Sequence record: SRR31156797_10522
Length of the DNA: 64,000 nt
Strand: one strand, 5' to 3'
Shown here: piece by piece, positions 59,834 to 64,000 of the stretch
Layout: each line of letters starts with the position of its first letter
Numbering within the stretch: position 1 is the first letter of the stretch
Translations under genes and position numbers: made by a program
The notes under the pieces: generated by a model
Seen by the model: the letters and a program-made list of their open reading frames with translations, nothing else
Database searches by the model: none
Told to the model about the DNA's origin: nothing

Positions 59834-60832
59834 ATGTCAAAAATTAATGCAGTTATAACAGGAGTTGGGGCTTATCTACCCGACTACATTCTTACCAATG
59901 ATGAACTAAGTACAATGGTCGATACATCCGATGAATGGATCATGACCCGTATTGGTATCAAAGAAAGAAGAATTCTAAAAGGAGAAGGTAAAGGATCTTC
60001 GGATCTTGGACAAAAAGCAGTTGAAGAGCTATTGCGAAAGACTGGAACTTCACCTGAAGAGGTTGATTTGTTGATTTGTGCAACTGTAACTCCCGACATG
60101 CAATTTCCGGCTACAGCAAATATCATTAGTGATAAAGTGGGGATTAATAACGCATTCAGTTTTGACTTAAATGCAGGCTGTTCGGGATTTTTGTTTGCAT
60201 TAGCAACAGGTTCAAAATATATTACTTCTGGTTTGTACAAGAAAGTAATAATTGTAGGTTCAGAAAAAATGTCTTCAATTGTAGATTATTCTGATCGTCA
60301 GACTTGTCCTATTTTTGGTGATGGAGCAGCGGCAGTTATGCTAGAGCCTACTACTGAAAATGTTGGTATTGTAGATGAGATGTTGCATACTCAAGGATTT
60401 GGTCGCAAGCATTTACATCAAAAAGCTGGTGGATCATGCAAGCCGGCAAGTCACGAAACGGTTGATGCAAGAGAGCATTTCATTTATCAGGAAGGAAATC
60501 ATGTATTCAAACATGCAGTTTCTAACATGGCAGATGTTTCTGTTGAAATGATGGAAAAACACAACATGACTGCTGATGATTTAGCTTGGTTGGTTCCACA
60601 TCAGGCAAACAATCGTATTATCGAAGCTACAGCTAAACGAATGGGCTTAGCTAAAGAAAAAGTGATGATTAACATCGAGAAATACGGAAACACGACTTCA
60701 GCTACAATTCCATTGTGTTTGTGGGAGTGGGAAAATCAATTGAAAAAAGGAGATAATATTATTCTTTCAGGATTTGGAGCAGGTTTTACCTGGGGATCTA
60801 TCTTGTTGAAATGGGGTTACGATCCTAAATAA
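59834..60832 (+). CDS. fabH: 3-oxoacyl-ACP synthase III
   Basis: [38 protein letters not shown]. Confidence 0.96.
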   Translation: MSKINAVITGVGAYLPDYILTNDELSTMVDTSDEWIMTRIGIKERRILKGEGKGSSDLGQKAVEELLRKTGTSPEEVDLLICATVTPDMQFPATANIISDKVGINNAFSFDLNAGCSGFLFALATGSKYITSGLYKKVIIVGSEKMSSIVDYSDRQTCPIFGDGAAAVMLEPTTENVGIVDEMLHTQGFGRKHLHQKAGGSCKPASHETVDAREHFIYQEGNHVFKHAVSNMADVSVEMMEKHNMTADDLAWLVPHQANNRIIEATAKRMGLAKEKVMINIEKYGNTTSATIPLCLWEWENQLKKGDNIILSGFGAGFTWGSILLKWGYDPK

Positions 60833-60857
60833 GATCAATATTATTAAAAGATATAGT

Positions 60858-60886
60858 AAAGGCTTCCAATTTGGGAGCCTTTTTTT
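60858..60886 (+). terminator. Terminator after fabH
   Basis: aaaggcttcca-att-tgggagccttttttt. Confidence 0.8.
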
Positions 60887-61140
60887 GTTTTCAATCATTC
60901 ACTTTAAGTGGGATTTATGCTTCAAATTTTTATATTTGTAGGTGCCACGAACTTAAGTAAAGGAGATTTAGAAATTAGATGCAAAGTTCGTATACTTTTT
61001 TATAAATTTTTGAGTTGATTAATAGAGTCAATTCTAGATGAATCCGACAATTTTAGCAGAATAATATCCAAGAACTATCATTTTATTACTGCTATCATTA
61101 TTTAAAAATCGGTTTTGTCACCATCAATACGATTTCAAAC

Positions 61141-61533
61141 ATGTTTAGTAAAAAAGATAAAATGAGCAGAAACAACGAAGTACAACCAACAGCTGTAAAC
61201 CTTATTTGCGATGGAACATCTATTAAAGGAGATGTACAGGCATCAAGAGATATCCGTATTGATGGATATTTGAACGGAAAAATGCAAGTTAATGGTAAAG
61301 TTGTAGTTGGAAATACTGGAAAAATTGAAGGAGATGTGAATTGTAAAACAATTGATGTATCTGGAAGAGTTGAAGGAAATATTATTGCTTCAGAAATGGT
61401 GAATCTGAAATCAACGGCATTAATATTGGGAAATATTGCAACTGATAAAATTTCGGTAGAGCCGGGAGCTAAGTTTACTGGATCTTGTAAAATGGGTGAA
61501 GTAGCACCTAAGCAGGATGAAAAGAAAAAATAA
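61141..61533 (+). CDS. Bactofilin / polymer-forming cytoskeletal protein
   Basis: I..GT.IKGD, IRIDG, G.IEGD, G.VEGNI, VEPGAKF.GSCKM. Confidence 0.92.
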   Translation: MFSKKDKMSRNNEVQPTAVNLICDGTSIKGDVQASRDIRIDGYLNGKMQVNGKVVVGNTGKIEGDVNCKTIDVSGRVEGNIIASEMVNLKSTALILGNIATDKISVEPGAKFTGSCKMGEVAPKQDEKKK

Positions 61534-61756
61534 ATCCGATAAGGAAGATAGTAAGAAAAAGCAATTTACCGGAGTATTAAAATATTCCGGTTTGGCTTTT
61601 CAAATGATAGTCATCATTTTACTTGTATTATATGCCGGTATGAAATTGGATGGCTATCTTAAGAATGACTTTCCCCTGTTTACCGTTATTGGTGCTTTTT
61701 TAGGTGTGATTTTGTCACTTTATTTTGCACTAAAAGATTTATTAAAAATGAAATAA
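61517..61756 (+). CDS. AtpZ/AtpI family protein
   Basis: KYSGLAFQM, G.KLD, two TMs, upstream of atpB. Confidence 0.85.
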   Translation: MKRKNKSDKEDSKKKQFTGVLKYSGLAFQMIVIILLVLYAGMKLDGYLKNDFPLFTVIGAFLGVILSLYFALKDLLKMK

Positions 61757-61770
61757 GGCAGATTAAGGTT

Positions 61771-62163
61771 ATGGAAAAAAAATACAGAAACTATATTTAT
61801 AAATTAGGATTGATATCAGTAATTCTTCTGACCATATCTGTAGGGCTTTTTTTAACGGTTCTAAAACCGTGGTTCAACTATATTTTTCCTTTTATTATTT
61901 TGTATTTCTTCCTTTTTAACTCCTTTCAACATTTCAAATTGTTAAAATCTGCTAAAGGAGACCCCCGGGTTTTCCATACAAATTACATGGCTTGGTTCGG
62001 AATTAAATTATTTCTTAACCTAAGTTTTGTGATTGTTTACGTATTGCTAAACAAGGCACAGGCGTTGAGTTTTGTGCTGTTTTTTGCAGTTTGTTATATG
62101 GTGTATACCACTTTTGAAGTGATAGCATTAACTAAGACTTTAAGATCGGGAAATGTTAAATGA
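61771..62163 (+). CDS. Membrane protein upstream of the atp operon (AtpI-like)
   Basis: Four TMs, F...YM....IKLF, YT.FEV; positional inference. Confidence 0.6.
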   Translation: MEKKYRNYIYKLGLISVILLTISVGLFLTVLKPWFNYIFPFIILYFFLFNSFQHFKLLKSAKGDPRVFHTNYMAWFGIKLFLNLSFVIVYVLLNKAQALSFVLFFAVCYMVYTTFEVIALTKTLRSGNVK

Positions 62164-62376
62164 TTATAAAAAGTTCGTTGAAGAACTTTTTTTATTAAAT
62201 TTGGGAGACTAAATCAGGAGGGGATATTTTATAAGGAATATTCAAAAATGATTAGATTGAAGTCGAAAGACTAAATTAATAGAACCGATATAAACAATTT
62301 AGTCGGTTTAAAAGATAAACAGATCGAATAGACCAAATGAAAGTTTGGGCTACTTATAAAAGCAAGTGATTTACGT

Positions 62377-63456
62377 ATGAAAAACATTCATCGATTACTG
62401 TTAGTTTTCTTCTTAATGGCAGCCGTAACACCGGCGATTGCTTCTGATGAACATGATAAACATGCTCACGATACTCATAAGCAGGAAAAATTTGAACCAG
62501 GAAACTTTATCATGGACCATATTGCCGATGCTTACGATTGGCACATTTTATCTTATAAGGATAAACATATTTCTGTTCCACTTCCTGTAATTGTGATATC
62601 AGAGCAAACTGGTTTTCACATGTTCATGTCTTCAAAATTTCACCACGGACATTCTTCCTATAAAGGGTTCTCTATTGCTCAAGAAGGAGATTATAGAGGA
62701 AAAGTTGTTGAAATGGTAGATGGACATCAAGTTCGTCCGTTTGATATTTCCATGACGAAGAATGTGGTAGCAATGCTAATAAGTATGTTTTTTCTACTTT
62801 GGATTTTCATCTCAGTAGCAAAAGCTTATACTAAAAGAAAAGGTCAGGCTCCAAAAGGTATACAATCTTTGATGGAACCTTTAATCATTTTTGTACGTGA
62901 CGAGATTGCCAAACCTGCAATTGGAGAAAAGAAATACGAAAAATACATGCCATTCCTTTTAACCATCTTTTTCTTTATTTGGTTGAACAATTTAATGGGA
63001 TTGGTACCATTAATTCCTGGAGGAGCGAATGTCACGGGTAATATCACTATAACAATGGTATTGGCTCTGTTTACATTTATTATCACCACAGTAAATGCAA
63101 ATAAGAATTATTGGGCACATATTTTTAATACACCTGGTGTACCATGGTGGCTAAAGTATCCAATTCCATTGATGCCTTTGGTTGAGTTAATGGGAGTATT
63201 TACGAAGCCTTTCGTTTTGATGGTTCGTTTGTTTGCGAACATCACAGCAGGACACATGATTGTGTTGGCATTTGTAAGTCTGATATTTATTTTCGGACAA
63301 ATTAGTCCAATGTTGGGGTACGGAACCTCTGTAATTTCAGTTCTTTTCGTAATTTTCATGGACATGCTTGAACTTTTGGTAGCATTAATTCAGGCTTATG
63401 TATTTACACTTCTTTCGGCGCTTTACTTTGGTATGGCTACGGAAGAACATCACTAG
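62377..63456 (+). CDS. atpB: F0F1 ATP synthase subunit a
   Basis: HIAD..WH, TKNV, NLMGLVP, LMVRLFANITAGH, LELLVALIQAYVFT.LS. Confidence 0.98.
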   Translation: MKNIHRLLLVFFLMAAVTPAIASDEHDKHAHDTHKQEKFEPGNFIMDHIADAYDWHILSYKDKHISVPLPVIVISEQTGFHMFMSSKFHHGHSSYKGFSIAQEGDYRGKVVEMVDGHQVRPFDISMTKNVVAMLISMFFLLWIFISVAKAYTKRKGQAPKGIQSLMEPLIIFVRDEIAKPAIGEKKYEKYMPFLLTIFFFIWLNNLMGLVPLIPGGANVTGNITITMVLALFTFIITTVNANKNYWAHIFNTPGVPWWLKYPIPLMPLVELMGVFTKPFVLMVRLFANITAGHMIVLAFVSLIFIFGQISPMLGYGTSVISVLFVIFMDMLELLVALIQAYVFTLLSALYFGMATEEHH

Positions 63457-63496
63457 AATTTATTTACTCCTATTAGGGAGCTATAATAGTTTTTAA

Positions 63497-63772
<276 letters not shown>

Positions 63773-63876
63773 GAATACAATCCGCAGTTTGCCATAAGAG
63801 ATTGTCTGAGGCAAATTGCGGAAATTGTTTTGATTGTTTAAACACACCCTTGCGGTGAAATTAAAATAAGAATAGT

Positions 63877-64000
63877 ATGGGCTTGGTAACACCTGAATTA
63901 GGAACTTTTATATGGATGTTCTTGGCATTTGCCATTGTTTTGTTCATCCTGAAGAAATTTGCCTGGAAACCAATATTAAATGCCTTAAAGGAACGTGAGG
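63877..64000 (+). CDS. atpF: F0F1 ATP synthase subunit b (3'-truncated by window)
   Basis: Hand translation MGLVTPELGTFIWMFLAFAIVLFILKKFAWKPILNALKERE. Confidence 0.93.
   Translation, partial: MGLVTPELGTFIWMFLAFAIVLFILKKFAWKPILNALKERE

Noticed and set aside
60940-61140. tRNA or structured RNA between fabH and the bactofilin gene
   Set aside because: Only a short acgaactt/aagttcgt inverted repeat; no cloverleaf or T-loop motif

Overview
AT-rich Bacteroidota chromosomal window. The Bacteroidota call rests on TAnnTTTG promoters, no obvious Shine-Dalgarno signals and DUF4175/DUF4271/DUF4292-type genes; an anaerobic or marine Marinifilaceae-like lineage is my inference. Most of the window is housekeeping: pheS, dut, envC-like, ybeY, mnmG, ade, uvrC, lplA, dtd, deoC, ispB, queD, polA, ctpA, yidD, rnpA, hemD, pepE, xth, rsgA, mnmH, rpmF, fabH and the start of the atp operon. 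Two parS-like palindromes plus mnmG suggest an origin-proximal location. An accessory islet (~2.2-9.9 kb) holds a helical hypothetical protein followed by a ~21-bp-period CTATGGA array, a REP-associated tyrosine transposase with flanking and in-frame REPs, a stop-disrupted small HTH gene, a thioredoxin-like lipoprotein, and a C39-peptidase ABC exporter/HlyD pair with no visible cargo. A four-helix-bundle gene bracketed by 7-nt-periodic inverted repeats sits between the exporter genes. The most unusual signals are two degenerate ~21-bp-period arrays (short core, variable spacer) at ~3.19-3.36 kb and ~52.58-52.84 kb, heptamer hairpins with and without a four-helix-bundle gene inside, and a candidate antisense-strand sRNA. 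No rRNA, tRNA or CRISPR array was seen. All product calls come from motif recognition; no database search was run.
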